A stretch of DNA of 64,000 nt from Cycas panzhihuaensis. Taxonomy: Eukaryota; Plantae; Cycadophyta. Positions 14,539 to 27,694 of this stretch are shown one piece after another. The DNA is taken from contig CM041465.1 of assembly GCA_023213395.1 (NCBI GenBank), forward strand, positions 62,875,741-62,939,740. The letters run 5' to 3'. Under the pieces are notes generated by a model. The model did not search any database. It was not told the origin of the DNA and was given only the letters and a program-made list of their open reading frames with translations. How positions within the stretch are numbered: the stretch's first letter is position 1; each line of letters opens with the position of its first letter. The position numbers were made by a program, and so were the translations under genes.

Positions 14539-15587
14539 TGTTAGATAAAGTGACAATAGTATTTTGAATGCTAAAATTTTGATAGGTTGGTAGCATGGTT
14601 TCCCCCCCAAACTTTCTCGGGGGGTTTCCAAGGAGGTTGGGATCGCCCCAGCTGTGGGATGCCAGAACACCCCACCCCCACCCTCAAGAAAGAGGGGGCT
14701 CAGGGGTGATAGTCCCTGACCCAGAAAGCTAGCACTAAAAAGCATACTACATTGTAAAGAGAATCAGGGTAGTTCACTCAAAATACCTTAGATTCTATGG
14801 TCAATATTTGTGCCTTGTATGACTCTCATACAACCTGATGTACAGTGTTTTTTTCATTATGTTGATAGTGTTAGATGTATTGGATATACTATGAAAAGTT
14901 GGGTAGCTGGTTATTGTTGCTGTAAGTATTCTACTACAGATTATGTATATTTCTCTATTCTTTGATAATAAAGATTGATACATTTCCTGTGTGGATGTTT
15001 CCCTAGCATACTACTAGGGTTTTACCATATTATATCGGGTGTATATATGATACTTTAGCTTTCTAACTCATTTTATTGTATTATATTTGGTTTAATAACT
15101 TGCATGTTAAATTTTAGTTTTGATTCTTGTAACTAGTTACAAAATAGTTTAGATCTTGGTGGCGCTTTATTATCGACCTTGTCTTCTCAACAAGTGGTAT
15201 CAGATCCACTTTTATTTTTTGAATGAGTTTGTGAGGATTTTGGTGTTAACCTTTTCTACACCAAATGGTGAAACTAGTGAATGCAAAGTTTTATGTGGAG
15301 AAAATTAATGGCAATAATAACTTCGAGTTGTGGAAGTTAAAAGTGTATGATGTTCTAGTATAACAAGGCTTATATAGAGCTCTTGCAGGCAAATCAAAGA
15401 AATTGGCAAGGATGGATGATAATGAATGGGATGATCTAGATAAAAAAGGTCTTAGCATAATATTATTGTGCTTGGCAGATGAAGCTCTATTTAACATCGC
15501 AAGGGAGAATTATGGACCCAGTTAGAAGGCATGTATATGACCAAATCAATAATGAATAGAATCTACTTGAAGAGGAAATCGTAGTTG
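14539..15587 (+). mobile_element. Ty1/copia (Tork/Tnt1-like) 5' fragment: LTR 14539-15192, tRNA-Met PBS at 15195, gag from 15265
   Basis: TGTTAG...CTCAACA LTR, PBS TGGTATCAGATCC, gag MVKLVNAKFYVEKINGNNNFELWKLKV. Breaks off at ~15587. Confidence 0.9.
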
Positions 15588-18500
15588 ACTATCACAAAAT
15601 ACCTTTACATTTTCCTGTCTCCTTCCAAACTCAACCAATAGACCCTATAACTAGATTGCTTCTTTATAATCATGTGCTGCAATAATATATTCAGCTTCCG
15701 TGGTTGACAGTGCAATTGTGCTCTACAATTTGGACATCTAACTAATTGGACCATTTGCAAGAGTGAAAACATAACCTGAAGTAGACCTTCTTTTGTCTAA
15801 ATCTCCTGCAAAATCAATCGACATATCCACAAACCCGACACTGTGACTCCAAAGGTGATGTAGTAATCACTAGCACCTCTCAAATGCTAAAGCATCCATT
15901 TTACTGCAGCCCAATATTCCTTTCCTAGATTTGCCATAAACCTGCTAACTACACCGACTACATGTGAAATATTAGGTCTTGTACATACCATGGCATACAT
16001 CAAACTTCCTACTGCACTAGAATAAGGCACATGAGACATATAAGAATTTTCTTCTTCACTACTAAGACTCATATTAGATGAAAGATTGAAGTGGGAAGCC
16101 AATAGGATACTCACTGGTTTCACATTTTCCATCCCAAACTTGGTTAGCACCTTCTCCACATATTTCTGCTATGATAACGATAGCTTACCACTTTTCCTGC
16201 CTCTGTGTATCTCCATGCCTAAGATTTGTTTTGCAGCTCCTAGATCCTTCATATCAAAAGTCCTAGCCAATTGAGCCTTTAGCTTATTGATTTCTACCAT
16301 GCTCTTGCTTGCAACCAGCATGTCATCAACATATAACACCAAGATAGTGAATAAGCCATTGTCCATAAATTTGAAGTAAACACAATAATCATACTCAATT
16401 CTTTTAAAATTTTGGCTCTCCATTAAGGCATGAAACTTCTTGTACTACTGCCTGGGTGATTGCTTTAGGCCATACAATGATTTCTTGAGCCTACAAATAA
16501 GTCTTTTCCCGCCATCTTGTACAAACCTCTCTGGTTGATCCATATAGATCTCCTCATCTAAATCTCCATGTAGAAAAGTTATTTTTACATCTAACTACTC
16601 CAACTCCAAATCGAGAGAAGCTACCAATGCTAACAACACTCGAATTGAAACAAGTTTAACAACTGGTGAAAAGATCTCATGAAAGTCAATACCTGCTTTC
16701 TGTGTAAAGCCTTTGGCCACCAACCGTGTCTCTATATTTATCAACCTTTCCATCAACATCCATTTTCTTTTTGAAAACCCACCTACAACCAACAGTCTTC
16801 CTACCATATGGAAGTTCTACCAAGTCCCATGAATGATTTTTCTTCAAGGCATCTATCTCTTCCTGCATAGCCCTTATCCATTTCTCCATGGATATCATCT
16901 ATCGCCTCGATAACATGTAGGCTCACCATCATTAGAAACTAAAGCAATAGAAATAGAAGGGTTGTACCTGTCAGGTGGATAACTAACTCGTGTAGATCTT
17001 CTAACTATTGGTAGAGGAGTATCCACATACTCCTATGAATCTACTGCTGATTCATCTTAAAAAAGATCTTTATGCTCTTTAGATTCCATAGATGGTTACA
17101 TTTCAAACTTAACTTGTTGATGTTCATCTTACTGCTCCTGTTTCATTTCAGCTTCTACACTATCTGATTTTACAAGGGGAGATTCATCAAATATGATATC
17201 TCTATTAATGGTGATTCTGTAGGCAATAGGATCTCACAACTTATATCCCTTCACACTATCCTTATCACCATAGCCAACAAAGATATATCTCTTGGATTTT
17301 GGGTCTAACTTTGAATGTTTACTTTTGTCAGTCTAGGCATAAGCATCATAACTAAAAACTTGTAAATTTGAATAATCGCATGGATGTCCAGTCCATACCT
17401 CTTCAAGAATCTTACAATCTATTGCAACTGATGATGACCTATTTACCAGATAACAAGCTGTTTGAATAGCTTCTTCCCACAAGCCCTACCCCACTCTTGT
17501 ATTACTTAGCATGCTTCTTACTCTTTTCAAGAGTGTCCTATTCATGCACTCAGTAATGCCATTTTACTGCAGAGTATAGTTAGTGGTCTTGTGTCTTTCG
17601 ATCCTAGGTTCTCTGCAATAGTTCTCAAATTCCAAGGAGTTGAACTCACCTCGATTATCGCCTAAACATTTGATTGTCTTACCAGTATTGTTCTCAACTA
17701 AAGCCTTGAACTGCTTAAACACATTGAAAACTTCAGATTTCCTTTTACAAAAATAGACCCATACCTTCCTGGAGTAATCATCTATAAATGTGACAAAATA
17801 TAATGATCCTCCACAAGATATTTTAGGGGCTGGTCCCCATACATCTAAATGTATGTAATCTAAAATGCCTTTACTAGTGTGACTCCCTACTTAAAACCTG
17901 AGTCTACACTGTTTTCCAAAAACATAATATTTATAGAAAGCTAAATCTGAAAGCTACAAGTTAGGAAGCAACTTATAGTTTATCAGCACCTTAAGTCCTT
18001 GCTCACTCATATGCCCAAGTCTTTGATGCCATAGTTGAGCAGGATCTTCTGTTGTCTTTGACAATCGTGGTCGACATCCGCATTTCCCACTAAAATATAA
18101 AGATTTCCTCTCTTTAAGGCTTTCATAACAATCAAGGCAATCTTTAACACCTTTAGGACTCTTTCATGACCCGTATGCTTAAAACCACCTAAATCTAATT
18201 CACCCAAGGAAATCAGATTCCTTTTCAAATTAGGTACATGTCTAACGTCAATTAATATTCTGACTACCCCATTAAACATCTTAATTCTAATGCTACCAAC
18301 ACCCATAGCCTTACAAGAAACTTCGCTTCCCATAAGCACATCACCACCATCAAGATATTGGTATGATGAGAACTAACTCAGATGGACACATATGGTGTAA
18401 AGCACCGAATCTCATAACCAGTCATGGTGATAATGAGAAACATTATAAGCAACCAAGACATCATCATCCATACCTTGATTTGACTCCACCTGATTCGTCT

Positions 18501-19278
18501 CCTTGGAAGGATCTTCCTTTTTCTGGAACTCCTTCCTTTTGTAACGATCCTTCTTGAGGTGACTGGCCTTATTACAATGCCAACACCTGAGCTTACTCTT
18601 TTTTCTTTTTGATTTGGATCTCGATGTATCCCTAGAGTTTTGTCCTCTCTCAAACATTCTACCCCTTACTGTCATGGCTTCTGGTGTGGAGGTTTCAAGA
18701 CTAAACTTCCTTCGTACTTCTTCCATTAACAAAGCACTCATAATAGAGTCATATTCCAATTCATCTATAGTGATAAAACTGATTAAGGTGACAATATTAT
18801 CCTAGGATTCAGGTAATGGGCATAACAGGGTAACTATCTTATCTTCATCCTTAATTTTAACATTAATACTAGTCAATTGACAAATAAGAGTATTAAAAAT
18901 ATTTAAATGGTTAGCAATTTTTGTACCTTTCTTCATCCGTAACGAGTACAGTTACCTCTTCAGGTAGATTAGGTTCGTTACTGATTTGGTCATATACAGG
19001 CCTTCCAACCGGGTCCATAATCTTGTTGCCGTCTGCTCCCCTGTGATGTTAAACAAAACTTCATCTACCAAGCACAATCATATTATGCTAAGTGTCTTTT
19101 TGTCTAAATCATCCTATTCATCATAATCCATCCCCGTGGGTTTCTTTGATTTTCCTGCAAGGGCTTTGTACAAACCCTCAACAGATAAGAATATCGATGC
19201 TTTTAAATTCCACAACTCAAAGTTGTTCTTAGCATTGAATTTCTCCACCTCAAATTTTGCACTTGCTAGTTTCACCAT
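15585..19278 (-). pseudogene. Copia gag-pol polyprotein, decayed and truncated within RNase H
   Basis: MVKLASAKFEVEKFN; knuckle CWHCNKASHLKKD; INT LDYIHLDVWGP; RT RLVAKGFTQKAGIDFHEIFSPVVK and LYVDDML; RH ALSTTEAEY, ending at VFCDSQ. Confidence 0.93.
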
Positions 19279-19972
19279 TTGGTGTAAAAAAGCCGACACC
19301 AAAACCTTCACAAACTCACATAAGAAAAAGAGTGGTTCTGATACCACTTATTGAGAATAGAAGGTCCAACCCTCTAACCACCACCAAGATTTATTACTTT
19401 CTTACAACTAACTACAGAAATAGAAACATAAAATTATATGCAAGTTCTAAAATTAGAGATTATACTGTAACAAGACAATGAAAGCCAAACATCACATGTA
19501 CACCCGATATAACATGGTAAAACCCTAGCAGTGTGCTAGGGAAACATCCACACAGGAAAGGTATCGATCTTTATTGCTGTAGAATGGAGAAATAGTACAT
19601 CATAGATATAGAGTGCTCTCTAGAATAACAATTAGTCACCACCCTCTTCACAGTACATTGCATAACATTACAACATAATAAGAAAATCCCTACAATGGGC
19701 TACATGAGAGGACATCCAAGACCTAAATCTCAAACGTAGAATCTAGGGTATTTATATTGAATGACCTTGATTCTCTTTACACTTTGATAGGATTTACATG
19801 GTCAAATTTTCAGGTCAGGGGCTATCGCCACTGAACCCCCTCCTAGTAGGGGGTGTTCCACCCACCAGAGCCTTAACCAAGGGCCTCCCTACTGAATCCC
19901 CAAAAAGATTAGGGGAAAGCACCAAAACATGCCATAATTTTAGGCCTATAATTGTTGTCATAATACCTAATA
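15585..19972 (-). mobile_element. Ty1/copia (same family), 3'-truncated: LTR 19349-19972, PBS ending at 19346
   Basis: LTR homologous to 14539-15192 in inverted orientation; PBS TGGTATCAGAACC; full gag-PR-INT-RT-RH order. Confidence 0.93.
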
Positions 19973-22136
19973 ATACATGAGATAACATTCATTTTACTTT
20001 AGTTTTTATGACCATATCAAGTTTATGACTTGTTGTTCTCCCTTTTAGCAAGTATATTTGGTATATATTTCTATTTATTACAAGTTTTACATATATATTT
20101 ATCTCTTTTAGGGTGTCCAAAGGGAGGTAAACCCTTCATTTCTCCTTGATTACATCCATATACCCTTTAGGTTGTTCTTGGGATATAAGTAGGTGGATTA
20201 TATGATCTATTTGAGAGGGAGAAGATACATTCATAACTAGGGTTCTGACCATTATAGCCATATCCTCCAAGGCAACCCCCTACATCTCATGGCTTTCCTA
20301 CTCTATATCCATCCTGCATACCGAGAAACCTCTTGGGTGGGGGCCTCTATTAGTTGTAGTCCCTTACAATGCCTGCAACTAGATCATATACACATTATTT
20401 GGTAATAAGTTTCTTTGTATGCTTTACCATTTCATGAGATTTCCATTTCTCTTACATATCTTGCAAAAGTTATAACATTGTGACTTTTGCAACATTTGCA
20501 CTTTTTATAGATTTAACAACTTCTTGATCTTTGTAGGTTGCATCATTTTTATTTAGTTGGAGTTATAGATCTTCTTTTAACTTATTTCTTGAAGTACCTA
20601 AGCATGTAGGAGGTAGCTTGTTTGAGGGACCTAGCCATTCTAAGGCTCTCCTTTCTCTCACCTTTGAAACCCCCCTTTTTTCCAAAAATATTGCTTGGAA
20701 ACATTTAAGTATACAATGGGAAGATTGAGAAGTGTGTTATTTTTTTTCTTTCGAAACATTAAGCAAGTTTAGGTTTCACTTTGATGAGCATATGTACACA
20801 CACACATATCCATGCGTACATGCACATGTATGTTATTGCTTGTTGAAAGGGTTTGTCTACAAGGAAGTATGTTGATATCCTTTGAAGTTCTTTGGTCTTC
20901 CATAATACATTTTATGGAAGGTAAGAAAGCCCTACCTATGATTTTATCCACAATGCCAACTACAGCTTAAAGCGTAGGGTGACTGGCGAAAGGAAGACAA
21001 CAAAGGGAAGGAGAGGCACTCCATTGATCAACTTGTTCTCAGGTGCACTTCTTCTGACCTTCCTCTTCCTTCTTTTTCTTTTCTTCCCCTCTTTTTCCCT
21101 CAAAAAAGAAATCGATTGCATTTATACATAGCTTGTAATCATTTGTTCTATTTACCTACATCGATCCAAGGGAAAGTATAAAGGAATATCATTCATATTT
21201 TCTCTCTTGATCTTTGCATTAATATGTATTGACCTTGCGCCTTTCCTCTTGAATAAGCATGAAAAAGGATAATTTGGACTAGTGCATCCCTCATTTCTTG
21301 CCTAAAAGGAAAGTGATAGAAAGGGTTTTCTTTTCTTTGTTGCATCCTCCTCTTACATTCACTTTGTATATACAAGAGTAGGAACAAGAAATAGAACATA
21401 GGCTTTTGATAGTCATCTATTTTCCATGCATTATTAAGGAAAGATATATAGGTCATCCATACTCTTCCTCTTCTTTACACCCTCTTTCTTCCTTCGTTTA
21501 ATATATAAAGATAAAAGAGAGAGAGAATAAAATAATAAAGAAAGAGAGTATCTTTTGAGTTGCATTTACTTGGCATTGATACTTTATATCTTCACACTAT
21601 CTTTAAGAAAGACTAAGATATTACCTAAACCCTTGGCATACTTAGTCTCTTAGATTTATTTAATCTAAATGCTAGAGGCATTCCTTTGGGTGATCTTTAG
21701 CAAAACACACCATTAGTCTTATCTTCTTGAATTTGGTTCCTACATACTAAATCCCTTCCACATCTTTTAATCAACCATTTTCCTCTCTTGTTCCATAGGC
21801 CTCTACCTTATTAGGATTCCCTCATATTTTTCCTTTCTTTTAGGAAGAAAGGTTTGATCCTCCCTCTCCTTTTTTCACCCATTAGGATAGGAGAGTTCTC
21901 CCTTAGGCTACTTGACAAACTAAGGATTCCATTACCTAAGTCAAATTCGAGAAGGTGCTTGCCAAAAGAGAGAGTCTTATGCACTATTTGCGGGCCTCCA
22001 AACCTGTGTTTCGATGCACAAACATCCTTTGTGCGTGACTTATCCCCTTGACCTTGAGGATCTTTAGGCCGCTGGCCTAGGGATAGTGTAGGCTTAATAT
22101 CCTTATACTTAGTGACCCCCGAGAGGCATGCTTCCA
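19973..22136 (+). repeat. Remainder of the 3' LTR of Tat copy B
   Basis: Collinear with the LTR at 45062-47294. Ends ...GCATGCTTCCA with no PBS following. Confidence 0.87.
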
Positions 22137-22689
22137 CTTATTATATGGATTTAAATTATGATATATAGGGCAATAGTGACATCCTTAGCTGGTGGTGCTG
22201 ATCTTATCTAATTATTTATTCAAGGATCCATTTAGGATGTTCCCACTCCTTAGGTCTATCTTCTAGCCAGGAGACTGAGGAAAGGCTCATACTTCCATAA
22301 GGAAGGTGGATAAAGCCACTTATTCTTCTAAAGATTGATTTGTTCCCATATTATTTCATCAAAAAAGGAAGATTATATCACCTAATTAGATGAAGAAAGA
22401 GCTTGTTAATTACTTTGATTACGATTCAGTCAAGTAAATTATTGGGATGGGAAGGTAAGGTATTCTATCTATACTAGTATGACGCAAGAATACAACTAAT
22501 CTAAAATGTGTGCAGGTTTTGAGAAGGATCCTAAGAATACGAGTACAAAACCAAATCATTCTAAGGAATAACTAACTTATAAAAGGTTCTGATGGTCCAC
22601 AACTAAAGAATATTAGAGATATTGGTCAAAAGAAATAAAAAGAGATACAATAAGATCTAATCACTATTCATCTAAGACAAATCAAGATA

Positions 22690-24700
22690 GAATTAATCTA
22701 TACCATAGGCCTTACTACATAGACCTAGTGCTATTTAGATCCTTATGAATTAGAATCAAAGATTTAGTGGCTATTTAATATTGAATTGATTCAAATTAAG
22801 GATTTATTAACTATGGATATTAAATATTTATTAATTAGAATCTAGGGCCTAATCACTATGGATAAATCAAAATAGAGAGAGGCTATCGTGAATACACAAA
22901 AAATAGAGCATGTAATGTTGGTACTTTTGTTAGATCAACGATCAGATCCTTTGACTAACAATTATATGATAATACAGAGGTTAAACCTTCCTTAAGAATA
23001 ATAAAGGGAAGGTATATCTCATAGCTTTACTCTCTCTAGTGAAGGGAGGGACACCATAGATATCTCTTTTTAATCACATAGTTTTATAGTGCCCTCTTTA
23101 ATCATACGATTGAAGAATCTAGTTCACCCTCTTTAATTACACAATCTTTATAGTGACCTTTCTTTCATCATATTTTATAGAAAAATGTCACATAATAGGA
23201 TTTCCTCCTAGACTGGTCACTTTCCTCTCTTGTAGTGGCTCAATCTTCTTTTCTTCATAGTGTTCTCTTACTCATTTTAGCTTAATGTTATTATAGTGAA
23301 ATCAAAGTAGAGATCAAATTAAAGTTTCCTTAATCTCAAGGCACATCCCTTTCCTAAGTGTAACAAAACAAAGGTTATCTCTTTCCTAAGTATAGTAAAG
23401 GGAAGGACAAGATCTTACCCCTTTTACCTTGATATTATTATAGTCAAATCAAAGTAGAGATCTAATTAGAGTATCCTCAAACTTTATTAAGAGGATTTTA
23501 TACTACAATATGTTCTTACTTTTATTAGCTTAATATTTTTTTTTAGATAGTGCATAGTGTTCCCTCTCATTTTTAGCTTAAATTTTTAGTATGAAATCTT
23601 GTTTTTATAATGCATAATGTTCTCTCTTACTCAAGAGCCTTTAATAATGTATGAAACTTAAAGCTAAAAAAAAAGAGAGCACACTATTCATTTCTTCCTA
23701 AAAAGAGTTAAGAAGGTTATCCCTTTCCTGAGTATATCAACATGAAGGAGTTAGAGTAATTCAAACAGTCTCTGAGAAACATTAAGCTAATAAAAGTAAG
23801 ATCACACCTTCGCTTTCCCTTCACTATGTTTAGGTAAGGAGAACCTTCCTTTTGCTATGCTTAAAAAAGGGATGTGCCTTCTTATTAAGGGTCAATATTA
23901 AGAGGGCACTATAATTACATCTCTACTTTGATCTAATTATAATAACATTAATATAGAAATAATAAGATCATACCCAACGATCGAGGGAACTCTAATTAGA
24001 TCTCTATATTAATCTAACTATAATAGCATCGATCTAAAAGGAGTAAGATCACACTCTAGTGTAAAATCTTATTATGTGATTAAAAAAGAGTGAACTATAG
24101 TTAGGATTAGCTAAAACTCTTTTTTTTTTAATCAGACCCTTCCCTTAACTACACTCAGGAAAGGGATAATCTTCCCTTTGTTACACTTAGGAAAGGGATA
24201 ACCTTCCCTTCACTATGCAAAGTAAAGGGTTTACTATACACTATAGATGGGGCATGGCCACTGCTAGATCTCTGTTATAGTAATTAGGATCAAGACTTGA
24301 TCATTATGGCTATTCATATATTCACATCTGATACGATCAAGGATGTAATCACTATTAAATATTCTTAGTATTGATTAAGATCCAAACTAGTTATAAAGAT
24401 CAAGTATATATTAGAATTAAGGCCTGATCAGTATCACTATGGCTATTGAATCTTTCTTTCTTAGGATCAAGAGCCTAATCACTATGGCTCAATCAAGATA
24501 AAAGTAATCTACACTGTAGGGTCTAGAATTGAGATCTATAATTAATCACATCCCTATGAATTAGGATCTTCCTTAAGCATTAGAATCATGGCTACATTAC
24601 TATTGCTATTAAATATTCATATCGATTAGGATTAAGGATCTAGTTACTAATTCATAGTTGTTATTGCATTTAAATCCAAGCTAGTTAGAAAGATCAAGCA
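22690..24700. repeat. Unclassified composite repeat with tandem and inverted subunits, copy 1
   Basis: Collinear with 61930-63930. Contains ~147-bp and ~32-bp subunits and inverted arms around ~23620. Confidence 0.85.
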
Positions 24701-25089
24701 TTAAATAATTTGACTATACATAAATATAATAAAGTATATGACAAGTGTAGATGTATAAAATAAACTAGTAATAAGGGTGCCTACCTCCATATGAAGGGGC
24801 TATACTCTTGACCTCTACAATTTATACCTTTATAGAAGGTTCCTTTAGCCTATGTTATATTATTAGCCTTAGATGTGCAATAATTTTGGTTGTAAATCAT
24901 GGAAGTATAAATCCACTTGTGGTATATACAATTATTTTTGATCTCGACCTTAAATCATTGAATATGTTAATTCCAATAATGATGTTAATGCTTATCTTGA
25001 TGCCATTGATTAGTGGATGAAACTAGTTAATTACAAAATAAAAACTTTGCTATAAGATAGGTTAAGATATGTTCATAAGGAAATAAACT

Positions 25090-26950
25090 TGATGCAATGG
25101 AAGATGATGACATTGAAATTAATATCATTGGTGATCAACCACCTCTTATGAGGACATTACCCCTTGATGACAACCAACATTGCATCTCTTTCATAACTAT
25201 ATTTGACATCGCACAATCCAATAGCATCAAACTATAGAGACTCTTATGCAAGAAAGAGGTGGTCATTCTTCTTGACCCAATAAGCACTTATAACTTTATA
25301 AACACCAAGGTTGAAAATTGATTGGGCCTTTTCATTGAAATCTTCTTAATAAGTTTACTAACACCAAAAAGAATAAACATTGATAAGGAATCATACACTT
25401 AATCTTAGTACTCTAGGAACAAAAACACATGGTAATAAGGAATATAAAAAAGTGTTAGTAAATTATGAATTCAATATATATTAGAACAAGAGAATATATT
25501 ATAGTGTAAATACAAATAAAACAATGAATATAATCAACCTCAAATGAAATTATTCTCCATATGGATATAACATGATTAAGCATAAAAAGGAAAGTAATTT
25601 CACAAAGTCCCCTCAAACTATCTCTATCATTGTAATATTTGAATTATCACATACATAATCTCTAAAGATAAATAGGTACATATAGAAAGCAATATTCATC
25701 ATCTTAATTGACTCTAAATGTAGCCAAATTTTCATTAACAAATGTAAGATAAAGTTAGTAAGAATTGAAATAAACATAAAAATTATATTTAAAGTTGTGG
25801 TAGCAAATATAGGATCTATTAAATACAATAATAAATATCTAATGCCTAAATTTCTACAAGATATTATAGCATTCGAATTAAATTTTCTATAATTCCTTTT
25901 AGATAAATAGTTTTAGTGTTTGGTTGACGATGGGAAAGATTGTCAAAACCTTAACTCTAAATCTAGAAAATATATTTATAAGATTTAGAAAATAAGGGAA
26001 AATCCACCAACTATAAGGACTTAGCCCATTGCCTACATGTTTGATATTATTTATCTAAATGAAAAATATGTGAAACAAGGTATTGTGTGATATATGCTAA
26101 ATGCTGTGCCATAGAAATAATCCACAAAAATTAGACAACCACATAGAAATACAAATTGTAATGAATAAATAATTTGAGGAATTCTATGAACTTTTAGCAA
26201 GATTACTATAAATAGAGGCATAAAATATCATTGAGTTGGAAGTTAGGATGATAGCCACCAATATTAAACCATATCAAAATTTGCATTGATATAAGATGAA
26301 AAGAGAGTAATTGGTATACTAGTTAATAACCACTATTCCAATTAGTTAAGGCAACTATCCATATGCTACATTGGTCGTATTACCCTAAAAGAAGCATGGA
26401 TCATTAGAAGGTATTGATTATTAAACATGAAATTAGTAACTAATATTAATACCTAAAATTAAAGTGTTGCTAAAATAATTACATTGTCCCAAATTTCTTA
26501 CTAAATTATCTAATTGATCATGATAGTTCTAGATCTACATTAAGGAAGATGCCATGCATAACATAATTTTTAAACTCACGAAGAATGTTATGATTTTAAG
26601 TTGCCCTCATTCAAACTTTATTAACATGTGAAGCAACTTGAAAATTTATATTCCTCCATTATCTATGAAAATGTATGCTTGCATTTTTAAGGAAATTTTG
26701 ATATTTAGTGGATTATGAAAAATCAAGATGTAAAAATTATGATTTTATAATTGTAACATCTTTTGAGAAATAGAGAAATAATGTATAAGAAAAGATTAAA
26801 ATGCTTTAAAATCCACATGTAGAATAAAATCCATACGTAGAATAATAAAGGAAAACTATAATCAATTTATGTGATTATGCTTGATATTATAAAATGGTAA
26901 TAACACTTTATGAGTAATAGATTCTAAATAAGAGTTTACCCTAATAGTCA
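25090..26950 (+). mobile_element. Highly decayed chromovirus-type Ty3/gypsy remnant (protease and RT)
   Basis: EVVILLDPISTYNFIN (VLIDSGSTHNFI-like) at ~25255; NIKPY..KKHGS..IDY at ~26260-26420; IYIKEDAMHNIIF..HEECYDF (RT-like) at ~26530-26600. Confidence 0.65.
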
Positions 26951-27694
26951 TAAATACTTGTTCCATCAAGCTACACTCACATCATAATATAAGAATGTGT
27001 CAAAAAGATGTAATCATTCAATCCTATTCAAGAAAAGAAAAGAAAAGAAACTTCAATATAAAATATTTGCCATAAAGATGAAGAAATTACCCTATCCACA
27101 TTAATGGTGAAGGCTTCTAGGCTCAAGGAAGCCTACCTAATGAAAAGACATGGAGAAGATAGCGAGAAAGCCCCTTTGGTACTCCCAAGGATCACAAAAA
27201 GGACCAAGAAAGGTCTATAAAGGAGAACGCACTTCCCCTGGGAGCCTCAAAGGCTCAAACAAGCAACAAAAATGGATCCAAGATGCTAAAATGAGTTAAA
27301 GGAGTATAAACATAGACATGTTTTAGAGGGGCATAAAAAATAAGGTAGAAGGGGCCTCTAGGAGACTAAAGGGATCGTCATAAATACACCAAAAGAGCTT
27401 GAAACAAAGGCTATAGGAGCAAAACAAGGGATAGATCGTAAAGACAAAGTGGATGAGAAGAAGGAGATGGTCTTAAGGGCTATCGCGGTAAGGGAAAAGG
27501 AGAAAGTGCCCCCAAGACCCTGGTGTATCTAAAGGGAGGAGGGTAAAAATGGACTTCATTTTCATGGTCCCTATGATTGATCTAGATCCCTCCCTTCTAT
27601 GCAATGAAACTCTGTTGAGATTTAGAATCACTTTACAGGACATCCGACCATTAGATTGAGGTGTGGAAGCTACTGACGAGACCAGGGTAATAAG

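Noticed and set aside
14539-19972. Single element with long TIRs (DIRS-like or DNA transposon)
   Set aside because: Each arm has its own tRNA-Met PBS and gag start, the arms are well diverged, and the flanks are non-adjacent parts of Tat copy B with no TSD.
21193-21456. ORF recurring at 46302-46598 (RRMQQRKENPFYHFPF) as a possible gene family
   Set aside because: Both are the same LTR segment read antisense. Starts and frames are not conserved and no domain is recognisable.
27060-27110. Possible chromodomain relic (KYL..KKLP)
   Set aside because: Too short and frameshifted to support.
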